From NCBI GenBank assembly GCA_964187785.1, contig OZ076409.1, forward strand, positions 41,356,001 to 41,420,000: a stretch of DNA of 64,000 nt, in the 5' to 3' direction. Position numbers and translations under genes: made by a program. The stretch is from Amphiscolops sp. MND2022. Taxonomy: Eukaryota. The notes below the pieces were generated by a model. The model made no database searches and was not told where the DNA came from. It saw only the letters and a program-made list of their open reading frames with translations. Shown here in pieces: positions 25,083 through 37,530 of the stretch (its first letter is position 1; each line of letters starts with the position of its first letter).

Positions 25083-26771
25083 CTAGTTTAAATCCTTCGA
25101 AAAAGATTGTTGTTGTCGTTCCATTTTTGGTTTTGTTGGCTTTTTAGCTCGTTTATAGTTTTCAATGACCTTTTTCTGGGCTTCTGTTAGGGTCCATTTG
25201 GGCGGTCGGTTTTTCATGCTTGCGCGAAAATAGCAATTTTCTTCATCATGTCCAGGTGTGTTGCAATTTTGGCATTCTTCGGCATCTGGGTCTTCCTCCA
25301 GTTTGCGAGGTTTGGCTAATTTGGGGCAGTCTGCCATCATGTGACCTGTCTCTTTGCAGTAACGGCATTGGTCATTTTTGAGGGTTTTGTTAGGTACTGC
25401 TTTTGGTGTTTGTGTTTTAGCTTTTTCAATTTGTTTCTTTTTGGCTCTCTCTTCATTTTGTTCTTTTTTCGTAACTGGCATCTGGGTTTTGACCAGAGGT
25501 TTGTCAGATTCTAAACTGTTAAGTTCCATCTCTCGTTCGAGATGTTTGACAATTTGATGGTAGGTTCCATTTTCAAGGTATGCTTGATTAAAGTACTTTT
25601 TGAGATGGGGATGCATTTTGGCATAGAGTAAATTTTCTATCATTTGATATGCAGTCTCCCCAAAGGCTTTCTCAGCACTCTCTTGTAGTTCTTCTAAGAA
25701 ATCTAGAAGTTTCTGGTTTTCTGGATCAAATGCAAGTCTGTTGAATCTGTGTTTCGCTGACGCACTAGATTCCGGTTTAACATATTTTCTGCGGAAGACC
25801 TTTAACATGTCTTCTAAAGTCGTTTTGGGAGTTCGTTGGATGTTTTTAAACGTTTTGAGTGCCAAACTCTTGAGATGTGCTGGGAAATGGTTGATTTTCA
25901 TCTCCCCAGTTAGGTTTGGTTGCATTTTTAGGGTTGTGTGAAACAAGTCTTCGAAGTATTCAAATTTCTAGTTTCTGTCGTTTTTCCCGTTGAAGGTCAG
26001 TGTGTTCTTTGGGTGGAAAAGTGATGGTTGTGTGTTTTTGTTGGCCAATCTTTCGATTGCAATTGCAATTTGGTTGACTGGATAAAGTGGTTTTGTTGTC
26101 AAATGGGACAGATTTTGTTCTGCATTTGATCCTTTTGTGTCATTTGGGTTTTGAGAATTTTGTCAATGGAGTTGTCGGTTGGCTCCTGTCACCATGTGAG
26201 AATCCTCTTCTATGACAGACTCTTCGTCAGAATGTATAGTTACTTCTACAGCAGATTCACTCCGGAATTGAGGTTTTGTAGGATGATTCAGATCTTTCAT
26301 TTTAGAAGTTCTAAGAGGAAAGTCGTAATTTTCCGAATCTGAGTTTTCGCTATTAGTTGCGCGAACTCCTATAGACATGGTTGTTTTGGATCCCGAAGGC
26401 TGTGGATCTTGTATTTCGTTGAAATCTGACCATGGGTTTGTCATTGTTGATGCGGTTTTATTTGATTTAACCTCTTTCAATATCGCCTCAAGCTTGCTAT
26501 TCATTTCTTCTCTCATTTCCTCAATTTTTTTGTGATTCTTTTGTTCCATTGTTTGAGTCCATACTTGAATTTCACTGTTGAGTAAGTTGAGCTCAGTTAA
26601 TTGATTTATAGAGCTGTTTTCACCAAAACCTTCTTCTTCTTGAACATTAACATTAGACTTAGTTAAAATCGCATTATCTGGGTTTGGTGTTTCTACCTGT
26701 GTTTCGCTCAATTCTATGTCATGAGATGGTGTTGTCAATCTCCTGGATTTTCTGTTTCTCTTATTTCCCAT
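25083..26771 (-). pseudogene. gag: gag with two CCHC knuckles; ATG lies inside the 5' LTR
   Basis: MGNKRNRKSRR.. (ATG 26771) reads through ..EEDSH/MVTG.. at the LTR/PBS junction. One stop (26163) and a frameshift precede the capsid-like region, followed by CRYCKETGHMMADC and CQNCNTPGHDEENC. Confidence 0.88.
26177..26194 (-). other. Primer binding site (tRNA-Leu-like)
   Basis: TGGTGACAGGAGCC directly follows the LTR terminal CACA. It has one mismatch in 12 to the tRNA-Leu(CAG) complement TGGTGTCAGGAG, so the tRNA identity is tentative. Confidence 0.75.
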
Positions 26772-27732
26772 CTTGCTCAAGCGAAAAGGTGTTGTTTGAT
26801 TGTTGGGGAAGAATTTGAATTCTTTGAAAGTGTTTCAAATTCCAAAAGATACTTATGGAAAACAAAGCAAATGTAGAAGGAAACTGTTTTTACAGTATTG
26901 TCGAAATGATGATTTTAGAAACTGATCGTGATGAGGGTCAAAATTGGAATGATCCCCGATGTTAGAGTTACTTTACTTTACAAAACTGGGAGCATGACAC
27001 TCCTGTTTAGAGGAATCACGCTAACCTGGGAAGCAGAAATAGAATAGCATCATCATTACATCAGGATATTTATATCACATTCAAAATTGATGATTAGGTC
27101 CTAGAAAACCCTGGAAAACTGCATTAAAGACTTTCAAGCGCGTACTCGCAAATATAATTGAAATGTATAACACCACAGCTTATTTTGAATGGTCATTATG
27201 CTAAAAACGTATACTGACGAGTATACGTCACTTATCAAACCGCAGGATACCGCATAGTGATAGTCCGCATAGTGATGAGTAATCATCAGGCATCAAACTC
27301 TAGGATGCCGCATAGTTCAACTATAAAAAACGCATGATTGCGATTATTCAACAAAGCTCAAAACGTATAATGACGCATAGTCATCAGCACAAATGTTCAT
27401 TTAATGGTGTTGTATTCAAATAAGATACTATTACGTAATCAATTAGTCATTCGTTGATCTTTTTGGGTAGATTGTCTCAAGTTTTAACACATTTTAGGCC
27501 TTCTGTGGTGCATAGAACAAACTTATTACGGAAAAGATTGTTAAAGATATTTACTTGGCGTCTTTCAAAATGACAAATCAAATAAATCACCCCCAATTAA
27601 AATGTTTACACAAGTTTTTCGAGAATGAATCGGGTGGTTAGTGTCAGTTTTAATCATCAGGGTGAGAGCTTTCTCTGTTCTTCCTCAATCACTGCTGCAC
27701 TTCGGACCCAGCACAGCTGACAGGCGGAGACA
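26195..27732 (-). repeat. 5' LTR (1538 bp)
   Basis: TG...CA termini, TATAAATA at 27067-27074 (minus strand), flanked by the TSD and the PBS. Confidence 0.93.
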
Positions 27733-27737
27733 GTTTC

Positions 27738-28360
27738 CAAGACACTTTCATCACCATCACCGTCACCAAAGACTGGAGGGTACATACTAAGTAAACCCTA
27801 CGCATGATGTCTCTGTCATGCGTTGAGTAGCTGGCAGAAATCAATACCTCTCCACATACCTCTGCTTCTTTCATGGCTTTTGAATTCTCATTTTAGTTTG
27901 AGCCTCAGGACTACAAATCCAGCTCTCAAAACAAGCACATAAAACATTCTCTTCATTGTTCTTTGTCAAATGTGTCTTCTGCAAAATGTTTTGCATTGCA
28001 TATTTCCAGCAATCGTTTGCTGGTTGAATTTTTTATGGAGCTCATGGGCTTCACATTCTGGAGCCCGCATTCTTGGCAGCAAAACGTTTTTGTGCCAGTA
28101 TAAAACTGCACTTTGGAGCAGCTGTTGGAAAATGTTTTCCGCAAAATTTCTTTTTCGTGGAACACCACTTTTTGAAAAAAAAACAAAAGTATCAAATTTG
28201 GTGAACTTGTGTTTGCAGTTTGTCCTCTGCTTATTGCGAATCCACATTACGATTGCATCTGTCATGAAAAGCATGAAAAGCAAATGACAAACTGGTCGTG
28301 AGAAAGACCACACATGTATTCAAGCCAAACACAGGTTAGTTGCTCGAATAGAGACATCTA
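27738..28360 (-). pseudogene. Decayed Cys-containing ORF of unknown family, interrupted by the Gypsy insertion (continues at 14931-14820)
   Basis: Removing the element and one TSD restores the frame ..PPVFGDGDGDESVLET|FFQIQRSNWERPC.. Upstream CxxC motifs (CFSC, CQEC, CFMC). Confidence 0.4.
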
Positions 28361-28729
28361 GAAGACGAAGCCCTCCACAACTACAGGTGTAGCTTCCAGG
28401 TGTAGAAAAATGAAGAGATTTCTACATGTGTAGTCTAGCGTAGAGCATGAGTAGAGAATTGAATAAAAAGTGAACACAAATTGAACCTTCGGAAAGCGCC
28501 AACAAAACAAGTTTCCAACCGTATTATTTGTCTAATAGTTGCACTTAACGAGGAAAAATAATAAGTATGAGCATACTCCCCGAAAAGCCATGAAAACGGC
28601 TGTTAAGTACGTTGAACAAGCAAATCAAATTTCGAAATCGAGTTTTTGTTGCAACCATAAAAATATAAATTGAAAAATATCAAGTCAGATCTCTCTGTTG
28701 GTTGTCAACTTGAGTTGTGGGAATCGGCG

Positions 28730-29400
28730 GTGGTTTCATCCACTGAGAATTCCAGTGATTTCTGGACGTAACCGGGACCGTTGAAGACTCCTTTCATTTA
28801 AGTGGAGTTTAGTATTCATGGACAGAATTGTGGCTGATTTTTCGCGAAACGGGAAACTATGTTTGTAGGCCCAGCGGTCATTGTGCCCTTGTTGGATCTG
28901 ATTTTTGGAATTCGTGGGATGTGCTTGTCTGACAGAAGTGTTCTAGGGCGGTCTCTCTGCGATGACTATTTTGAAATATGAGCTGCACCATCTGTAGTGG
29001 CCGTTCGCTAATTGAACGCGTTTGTTGATCACGTTTGTGCACAGCCGGGCGCGTTTTGGCTGGACAACAAGACAATCCCTTTGTCAGAAGTGCCAAGTCA
29101 ATTTGAAAAAAAAACTCATGTAGGCTTTTTAGATCAAACGTTGCTTCAAAAAATGGGGTTTTTCATGAAGACAGGGGTTTTCTCTGGAGCCAAATCAAAG
29201 ATGCCAAGTTAAGTTTCCGTTGAATGAAACTTTCCACTCTTCATATTTACAATTGAAGTTTATTCTCCAATCTTCAACAACTCGACGACTCCATAAGGGA
29301 ACCTAAAAGGAATTTCAACAGTTTTCTAAAGTAACATCCACCTAGTTTTTCTTCTTCGGCAGCAAGTGCCAGAAAAGGATTTGAATAGAAGGACCAATAA
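28730..29400 (-). mobile_element. Possible Penelope-like element N-terminal fragment
   Basis: QIDLALLTKGLSCCP resembles the LL.KGL.F.P motif that precedes Penelope RTs. No RT core present. Confidence 0.4.
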
Positions 29401-30309
29401 ATAGTGTAACGGCAAGCGCTGAGCGGTTGTATCGTGACATTGGAGTGGAGGAACTGGCACCATCGATATGCCAGCTTTTGTCACAATTTGTAATTACGAC
29501 AAATTGACTCTCAGGTTAGTTAGTTTTCAATCCACACGAAGTGACCAAAATAGTTTTTGAGAGTTCTACGAAATTTTATGGTTTCAAATTGAATCATTTG
29601 GCCCAGCGAACTGAACCAAAAAGGTTTTTCTTCTTTTTCCGCGTAGCATACGACATTTTCCGCGAGACTTTTTTCAAATTTTTTTTCTGCTGAAGGGTCC
29701 CCGGAAGCTACTCGAGGCTCGTGAATAATGAAAAAGGTTCTATTTTTGACCTAGCCGTTAACTGGATTTTCCATACAATGAGCGAAGGACTTCCGATTTA
29801 GACAAAAGCCCAGTTTTTTCTGGTTTTGACTTTTTGGTTGCTGCTTGCTTTGGCACTCTGCGCCTTTTTTCCAAATTAATTCAATTTACTGAAGGATCCT
29901 CTTCAATAATTTTGATTCCAGCGAGAACAGACCTTTTTGCGAGCTTACAAAGTCTGTTTTAGTCTTTCGGCTGTGGGAGTGTTTTCGGGATAGAAACCCT
30001 TGAAACGTTTTGGGTTTTTGTTGTGTTCAAAACTTTTTTTCGAGGTTCAGTGGGCAGTGATGATAAGTTTTTGTTCCGTACTGTGAGTCTTAAGGATTCA
30101 GTTTGAGGGAATTGAAAAAACACAGATCGTTTTGAATTGGTTGGAGGCCTTGTTGTCTTTTACCACTGTCAGCGCAATCACTTCAATTTAACTTACTGTG
30201 ATGATCAAATGGAAATGATTTTTGTGACGTCACTATCACGCAGACGGTATGTAGAGAATTGTCTCACAGAGGCACAGCTCCGTCAAAGCGAAGGTAATGA
30301 ATTCAAAAT

Positions 30310-30555
30310 TACATCAACGCTACGTCACAACTACGGTAGAAAGATTAAAATGAGTTTACGTCAACACTACGTCACATCCTTGGCATTAAGGAAGAACTTA
30401 GGTCAACACTACGTCACGAACGAAGTAGTACTTTGAATCTACGTCAACACTACGTCGCAAATAAAGCAAAAAGGACTGATTTTGAAACTACGTCAACACT
30501 ATGACAACGATTGTATCAAATTATGAAGACGCATTACGTCGCATTTGCGTCAACA
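30310..30555 (+). repeat. Degenerate minisatellite built on CTACGTCAACACTACGTCA
   Basis: About six imperfect units 40-50 bp apart. Reverse-complement motifs occur at 51380-51495. Confidence 0.75.
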
Positions 30556-33103
30556 TATTTACCAAAATGAAAAGAAATATATCAAGACTGTTCTCTCTGC
30601 GAATGAATTTTTCAACAATGCTTTTCAAGCATAAACAAGGGTTGGCCTTACGTCAAAGTGTTGTTTTTGTGTGAGAGCTTTGTTTAAAGTTTTAGCGCAA
30701 TCAATCGTTGACCTTATTTCAAAAGATGGTTTTTATTTCATGCCTAGGGTAAAGTGATCGGCAAACGTGAAAAATTACTAATGTTGCAAAATTGACACCA
30801 AATTGATAATATAGAAACCCCCTTTGACGTATTAGTTTCAAACAAAGATTCGTTCACGATATTCGTTCAGTCATTTTGTTCGATAACTATTTTTTACGTA
30901 TACTTTCGGTTGCTTGAGCCATATTGAAATGATATAAAGACTTGACGCAGTCATCACGCCAATTGTTCGTTATACAACTTTCATGGCAGATAATTTTTGC
31001 GCTAATATTGAAAGTTTTCCACTGATAACTGTGATAAAGTTTAACACACGTCGGTTTACCCAGATGTTACAGTTCCTGTCTACCCAGATCTAGCATCTTT
31101 GTTTATTTCTCCCACGAAATATCAGTTTCAATAATCACCTCCGCGTCAAGTTTCCGTCATTGTCCACCGAACTATCATCTTTGTTCACAATTTCTTGCGT
31201 GGTTGACTAACGCAGAATATGCTGCAATGTTGATGATACGTCGTGAACAACCTACAGCTGAACAAAAAAGTTCCTTACTGTTTGGTCGATTAATCAACGA
31301 AAGTTTGAAACAATGTAAGAATTTGTGTCGACAAATGCTTGATATAATCCTAAAGTAGTGGGTATTCTCAATTTAGTCAAAAACATTTCACGCATTTCAA
31401 ATTTCACGCTAGGAAGTTTTAGGAATAAACAAAAAAGGCTAGGAAGGTTTAAATATGAAACCAACTTGAAATCAACAAATACGCAACAGGAACAGAACAG
31501 GAACAAAGAGGACAGACAAAGTCAGTCTGAACTCAGAGCGAGAAGAGAGTCGGTGTCATTACCATTACAATACATATCCCGGCAAGCAGTTTCCCAGATC
31601 TTGTGAATTGCATTAAAAAACCATCAACAGCGAGTTAATATGATAAATACAGTTTTAATTTGTTTCTCAAATTACCACAAGTGATAACTAGCTACACTGA
31701 AAGACCAGAGTTCACTAATTGACTGGTTTACACTATTTTCTGAAGCAAAAAAAATACACTAATCGACTGGATTACGCACTTTTGCATTCCTACGGACTTC
31801 GACTAAATTAGGCGACTTTTCACTACACATTTTGGCTGAATTACGCTGTTTTATTAACTACATTGTTTAAATTAGTCAAATAGTGTAGCAGAGTAAGTAA
31901 TTCGACTATTTTACGCGTCTTGTGCGTCATTGGTTTAACTATTTTAAAAATTGTGTTGTGATGATCATGTCATGATCAGTAAGCAGTTAGTTCAAATCAT
32001 AAAATTACGGTCGAAAGTTTTGCTTACAAGTATGATTAGTAAGCAATTAGTTTACGGAGTTCTAAGTGATTCAAAGTGAATCACAAGATTTTAATCATAA
32101 AGTGTTTGATTTGAATCAGGCGTGTTCAATAAAGAATAACGAGTAAGAATAATTAAAATAAATAATGTGAAATGATTTATTTTTACACTTAGGTGAATAA
32201 AAATAACTGTTTTTGGACCTGTTAGAATAAAAAAGAGTTATTTTTGAGATACCTAAAATTAAGAACCTTTAATTTAACATTTCGTCAGCGAATTGACTTG
32301 AGAATGTTTAATCATATTTGACATTTTAGGCTCTGTTCGACTTTTCAAAATAAGTGTAAACAAGTTTTCATAAGTTTGCTTTTGTTTTTGTGGTAAAGTA
32401 CAGAAAAATCCTGTTTCGGAGTTATCCCAAGTAGTTCCATCACACGAAATCGGCAAAAAACGGCAAATATAGACCATCATGTTTGCTGAACACTAAAAGC
32501 AAGGTGTTTGAACCAACCTTTTGTAGACGCATCATGAAATTTCTTTGAAAAGAAAGGACTGTTTTATGATAGTATGTGTTCGGGTTCGCAGAAAAACGCC
32601 GCTGTATAGTGTAATTTGCGAGTTCACATAATGCTTGCACTGAATTCGACAAAAAGGCTGAAAACTCCTTCTTCATTGACTTCGGAAATATTTACCGCAT
32701 TGGATAATTCAATTCTGTTAGCTAAACCTGAAAGGAATGGCTTGAGAGGCAAAACTTCTAGTATTCTGAAACTATGCCGCTACAAATAATCTTATGAGTC
32801 ACATTTAACAGAAGTAACGTACGGTTCAAGTACGAGACGTCTTTTAAAATTTGATCTTTTATGATGATTTGCCCTCAAGTAGTGAAAAAAATAAAATCTC
32901 GAATGAAATACAGAGTACATTCAGAGATTTTATTTCAGAAAAAATATGTGTTTTGTTTGATTGAACAATAATGAACCTGAACAAGGACAAAATGAACCCA
33001 TCATTTTCAGCAGAGCGTTTTCAGTGGGAAAATATTCCGAAGGAAAATTTTATGGTAGACAGCAATTTCAGTACATGAGGGTGTCATTTGTTGAAGATCC
33101 CAA

Positions 33104-33451
33104 ATAAAATCATCAAGTCAGTTATGTAACGAAGAAGGAAAACGAGTTCTGCGAAAAATTTTGATCCTCCACAGCGGTCAAAAATTCCATATTTTGACAA
33201 TACGTCTATCCATTGTTGTAAAAAAATTGAAAAATTCAATTTCAACAATTAGAATGCACAAAAGGGGGAAATATTGATCAATATTTCCCCCTTTTGTGCA
33301 TTCTAATTGTTGAAATTGAATTTTTCAATTTTTTTACAACAATGGATAGACGTATTGTCAAAATATGGAATTTTTGACCGCTGTGGAGGATCAAAATTTT
33401 TCGCAGAACTCGTTTACCTTCTTCGTTACATAACTAACTTGATGATTTTAT
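33104..33451. repeat. 348-bp spacerless palindrome
   Basis: 174-bp arms centred on TGA|TCA (33277/33278); two mismatches seen. Confidence 0.97.
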
Positions 33452-34538
33452 CGAGGAAACGTATTTAGATCTCTTCGGTATCCGGTAAATATCCGGTAGA
33501 AAAATTTCCGAAATATCTGGTGTCATGCAAGAATACCAGTAAATTCTCATCCGGTTACAACCCATGTTTACTGGACAAAATTGTTTTCTGAACTGAGAGA
33601 AAAATGTGGAGCAAACTTTACAAAAGTCATCGACATCTCAGAAATACAAATTGCTCGTATCTACATTTGGTTTGGCCTGCTTCAGTTTTTCCACCTGGCT
33701 TTCTGATTATTTCTGCGTGATGAAAACGCGAAAAGCATTTGCAATTCTAATGTTAGAGAAACGTCTCAGACAACGTTTAGAGAATGCTGAAAAACCACCA
33801 ATTTCGGTTTGGTAATGAAAAATAATTACTTAACATTATTTTCATAACACACTGAGAACACTTAATGCGTGCGGTCCAAACAGAGATATATAATGAATGT
33901 GACCATCTTATACTTTCTTGAACCTTCAAATTTTCTTGTCAAAGTTTTCACATAGAATCATTTTCCACGAATTATTTTATCTTAATTTTACTTACTTACC
34001 AATAATTTTAGCTCGCTAATTTCCAATGTTATCACTTTCCAATTTAGTCGTCTAAATTTCGGAAGAGATCAAACTGTGAGATGACAAGGGTAAATTGCCA
34101 AAGGTCAGTTAATTAACAATTTTTTGCATTGCCTGTAATTTTTATTGAGAATTGAGATGCAAATTAAAGTAAGCCGTTTGTCATAGAATGCCTCGCGCGA
34201 ATTACCAGAAATGACCATCATCAGTACCAGATGTAAAAAGTACTTGAAGCCCTTGGGGTAGATTTCTCTTGTCATTTCACTCCAGATAATTCGCTCCTTT
34301 TATTTTGCTATAACCAAATCAATTTTCCGAATTGAAACCTAATTGAATTTATTTCCTGCCGTCGCGCATCAAGAACTTTATGATTCGAAGACTCCATGAT
34401 ATAACCCTTTCATTTGAACTCTTGTTCTTCACAAACCGTCCACCTGTGAAATACCTTCCATAAGCCCCAAAAAACTTTCAAAACCTAATTAATACTTCTC
34501 GACTTTCTGATTCATTCAAAGTTGGAAAAAAAGCAATA

Positions 34539-35030
34539 ATGACTCAAGTTAGTGATATCCCAGAAGATGTTTCGCTGTTCTACAAAGAATTGGATGAGTT
34601 CGAAATACAATTACCCGGTAACAAGTTGGAATCCTTCTGCTGTGATGAACCTTTGCTAGAAATGACCGAGAAACAGTATCCGGAATGGAAAAAGCAGGGT
34701 TGGAAAATTGCGCCAGATTTTTGATCAAAACATTCCTTAAAAAAGATCGTTATAAGGCAAATATTTAATGTGAGACTCTGCTTCAAAAAATTCAAAAAGC
34801 CTTACCAATAATTCGAAATTATTCTCCTCACAAGAAAAAATGATCCAAAAAATTGTGTGAATTCCATCTGAATACTTTGAATGATGATCTGTTTTCTCTC
34901 TTGTGAAAGAATAATTCAGCATAAAATCAAGCATTTAGACAACTTGAAGCAAACCTCAAGTCAATATTAGGGACAATCATATCTGGGAAAAATTCATACA
35001 TTGTTTCTAAGCCTATATAAAGCCTTTTGA
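34539..35030 (+). pseudogene. Possible N-terminal fragment of a NERD-family paralogue
   Basis: MTQVSDIP..KQYPEWKKQGWKIAPDF* then, after a frameshift, ..NNSA*NQAFRQLEANLKSILGTIISG, which parallels GEEAEQQLYRIF..GVMIFP at 47.7 kb. Multiple stops. Confidence 0.4.
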
Positions 35031-35093
35031 TATGAGTTAGTAAAATTCACAAATTATCAACTATCTGTTAAACCCGGGATAACTCCACACGCA

Positions 35094-36000
35094 TGTCGTA
35101 CTATGTGTAAGGACTTATCTCCCCAGTGTCCCTAATGTCAAAGACAGACCTTATAGTCCTTCCCTGTTAAATTTGTATTTATCCCGTTTGTCTTCTCACT
35201 GATGTCTTGATTTTTAGTGGGCGTTCTGGACTCGGTGTCTTTCTGTCCAAGAGACATTTAACGCATAATAATTTGTATCTCTGGGATCACTCTATCATTG
35301 ATGCTAGAATTGATCGCTCTACTTATCCGCACTTGCAGGATGTTCATGAGGGAACCGATCACTTGGTATAACCTGAGATTCAATTCCTCTAATAACATTT
35401 CCATAGAGTGTAACGGTCTATCTGGTCTAGTGGTCTCAATTCTACTGCCAATGTTTCCTGTCTCAATTTGCTGTGAATAAAGTTTATAGGTAGGAATGAC
35501 CACGCTGTCACCCTGGCCAAGATAGTAATATATTTGGTGTTGCAATTTCCTTTCTATATAATTTGAATTCTTTTCACCAAGCATCATGTCCATGTTGTTA
35601 TCATTGGACTTCATGTCCATATCTCTAGAAGGTCCATGTCGCTTTGGCTTTATGTCTCCTAGTAGGAGGCATAGGAAAATTTTACAAGGGAAGAAATTAA
35701 TTGTTTTTGATTTGTGAATCAAACAGTTTTACAAGTGTTCTGAATATCAGGGTAACAAATTCAATTGTGGCCCGGGGAATACGTGTCTCGAGTAAAAATA
35801 CTCAAATTACCGTGACACCCATAATTTAGAACAACGTCAATTTTTAATTGGATCACAATTATCTAAAAATAGCGTCGTGACGACAACTTCGTTCTGAATA
35901 TACACATCAAATACTAGTGGTATTTGTGTACCAGGCCGACATCGAACATTACATCAACAATCATACATGTAATTCACTAAAGCATAAGTCTTCATGCATA
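35094..36000 (-). mobile_element. Probable solo or 3' long LTR of a related Gypsy family containing gag N-terminal coding sequence
   Basis: ORF 35258-35722 (MKSNDNNMDMMLG..RAINSSINDRVIPEIQ) resembles the Gag leaders at 55.8 and 60.0 kb. It ends TACGACA with no PBS after it. The upstream boundary is uncertain. Confidence 0.5.
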
Positions 36001-36789
36001 TAATTGACTACAAGTGGTATGATGTCCTACATGTCCCAATATATTTTGGGCTTTTACTGCAAACTGACCCGTGCACGTGAAACCTCAAATCCAAAGTCAC
36101 ATAAATGGATCAACAGATATCTTGAAAGTAATAAAGGTCGATGTAGAGTAATACATCTTGAAGGCAACAAAGGGTATTCCATCCTGCGAATTGTCGGTAC
36201 GAGCAAAATAGAAGCGCAATGTTGTGAAACAGGTCGAGCATTAAAATTTTGTCAAGTAACCTTGTAGAACAAACTCAAAGGAACCAAAATTGAAACAAAA
36301 TGAATTACAAAAACAACAGAAGACAAGGTAATGAAAGAGCGAGGTGATGTTTCGTCACTCTAAGTTTCTATCGAACAAAATGGGTACCTTGGATTACTCA
36401 AAAGAAAGAAATGGAAGAGCACGGGAGTTTTGCATTCGTATCAATCATTCAAACTTTGGAAGAAATTAATTTGCCATTTGAATTGCTAACACAGAGTGCA
36501 AAAGTTACAATCGTACGATAGCAGGTACAACAGGGGCATTGTTTTCAAATGATGGTGTTTCATGCCAGAACTCTACTGCTTTGAGAAGAAAATATGTGCT
36601 CGGAATTTTAAAAAAATTTACACTATTATACAATGGAAATTGCCGCTCACTCTATGCATCTGGCGCGCATTTTGAGATGGCTTGGGTGAAGTATTCACGT
36701 ACTATGTGGTTACAGCTTTGTGGAAGAGTTATGCAAAATTTGAAAAACCACCCTTGAACCTTTAAAAATGGGTGGAAGGTACTTTGATA

Positions 36790-37530
36790 GTGGCAGAAGT
36801 CCAGCACGGCTTCCGCCTTGAAACATTAAGTGGAGATTTTCAAATCTTGATTAGGCTGCATGGAGACCTACAAAACAACCTGCAAAGTAACAGCAATGGG
36901 TCAAGAGCTCTCCTCTTTGATATCAAGGAAGCATATCTTCGAGTCAACAAAATCATACTGTGGGAAATGTTGCTTGCGAAAGTACGGCATCAGAGACGGC
37001 ATCATCAGAATCCTACAAGGCCTGCAGCAAAACACGTCGTACGAAATCCGAGGGAAGGGAGGAAACAGCTCGCAATGTAAACCTCTCAGAGGGCTTCGAG
37101 AAGGAGATGCGATCTTGCCCGACCTTTTCAATATTTATCATGTAAAATCAAAAAGGATTGTCAAAAAGAAAAGAATGAAATGTGCAGATAGTCCGGCATA
37201 TGGACATGACATTGTGTCCCTGGATCTTCTTTCCCCCCAAAAGACAGAATAAACTTGTAGTAACAATGCCATCCAACAGCTTTTGATCCAAGACGTGTTA
37301 ATTGCAGATGACAAAACCATCATCGGTCTCGGAAACGGAATCGAACCAGGAAAACAGACCATAACCGACATCATTGAAAGTTTTGAGGAAGTCTGTCACC
37401 CCGATAAGCAGGAACCATGAGTATAGGTCAGCCATACAAAACACGTGTCCCTGCCTCAAATTGTGATAGTGGGCACGTTCTCAGAATGCCAAAAACGAGA
37501 CTAACAAAGAATACCATACTGGGATGGCCA
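36790..37530 (+). mobile_element. Non-LTR retrotransposon RT fragment, RTE-like
   Basis: LLFDIKEAYLRVN, RGLREGDAILPDLFNIY, DVLIADD, and GHVLRMPKTRLTK..ILGW; frameshifted. Confidence 0.85.

Larger units (their letters stand above)
14937..27732 (-). mobile_element. Complete 12.8-kb Ty3/Gypsy element with long coding LTRs and two accessory genes
   Basis: The LTRs begin TGTCTC and end TCACA on the minus strand. Perfect 5-bp TSD GTTTC (14932-14936 and 27733-27737). PBS at 26177-26194, PPT-like AAAAGAGCGCGAC at 16344-16356, gag and pol inside. Confidence 0.95.

Noticed and set aside
26903..27060. 9-nt inverted match AATGATGAT/ATCATCATT suggesting Tf1-style self-priming
   Set aside because: A canonical TGG PBS exists at 26194, and the match lies inside the LTR and is short enough to be chance.
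14937..27732. Head-to-tail tandem array sharing a ~670-bp LTR (15526-16197 / 26914-27586)
   Set aside because: Homology ends exactly at TG and CA termini with a PBS, a PPT and a perfect 5-bp TSD, so the whole ~1.5-kb repeat is the LTR.
30310..30555. CRISPR-like repeat-spacer pattern
   Set aside because: The repeats are degenerate and irregular, there are no cas genes, and the context is eukaryotic.
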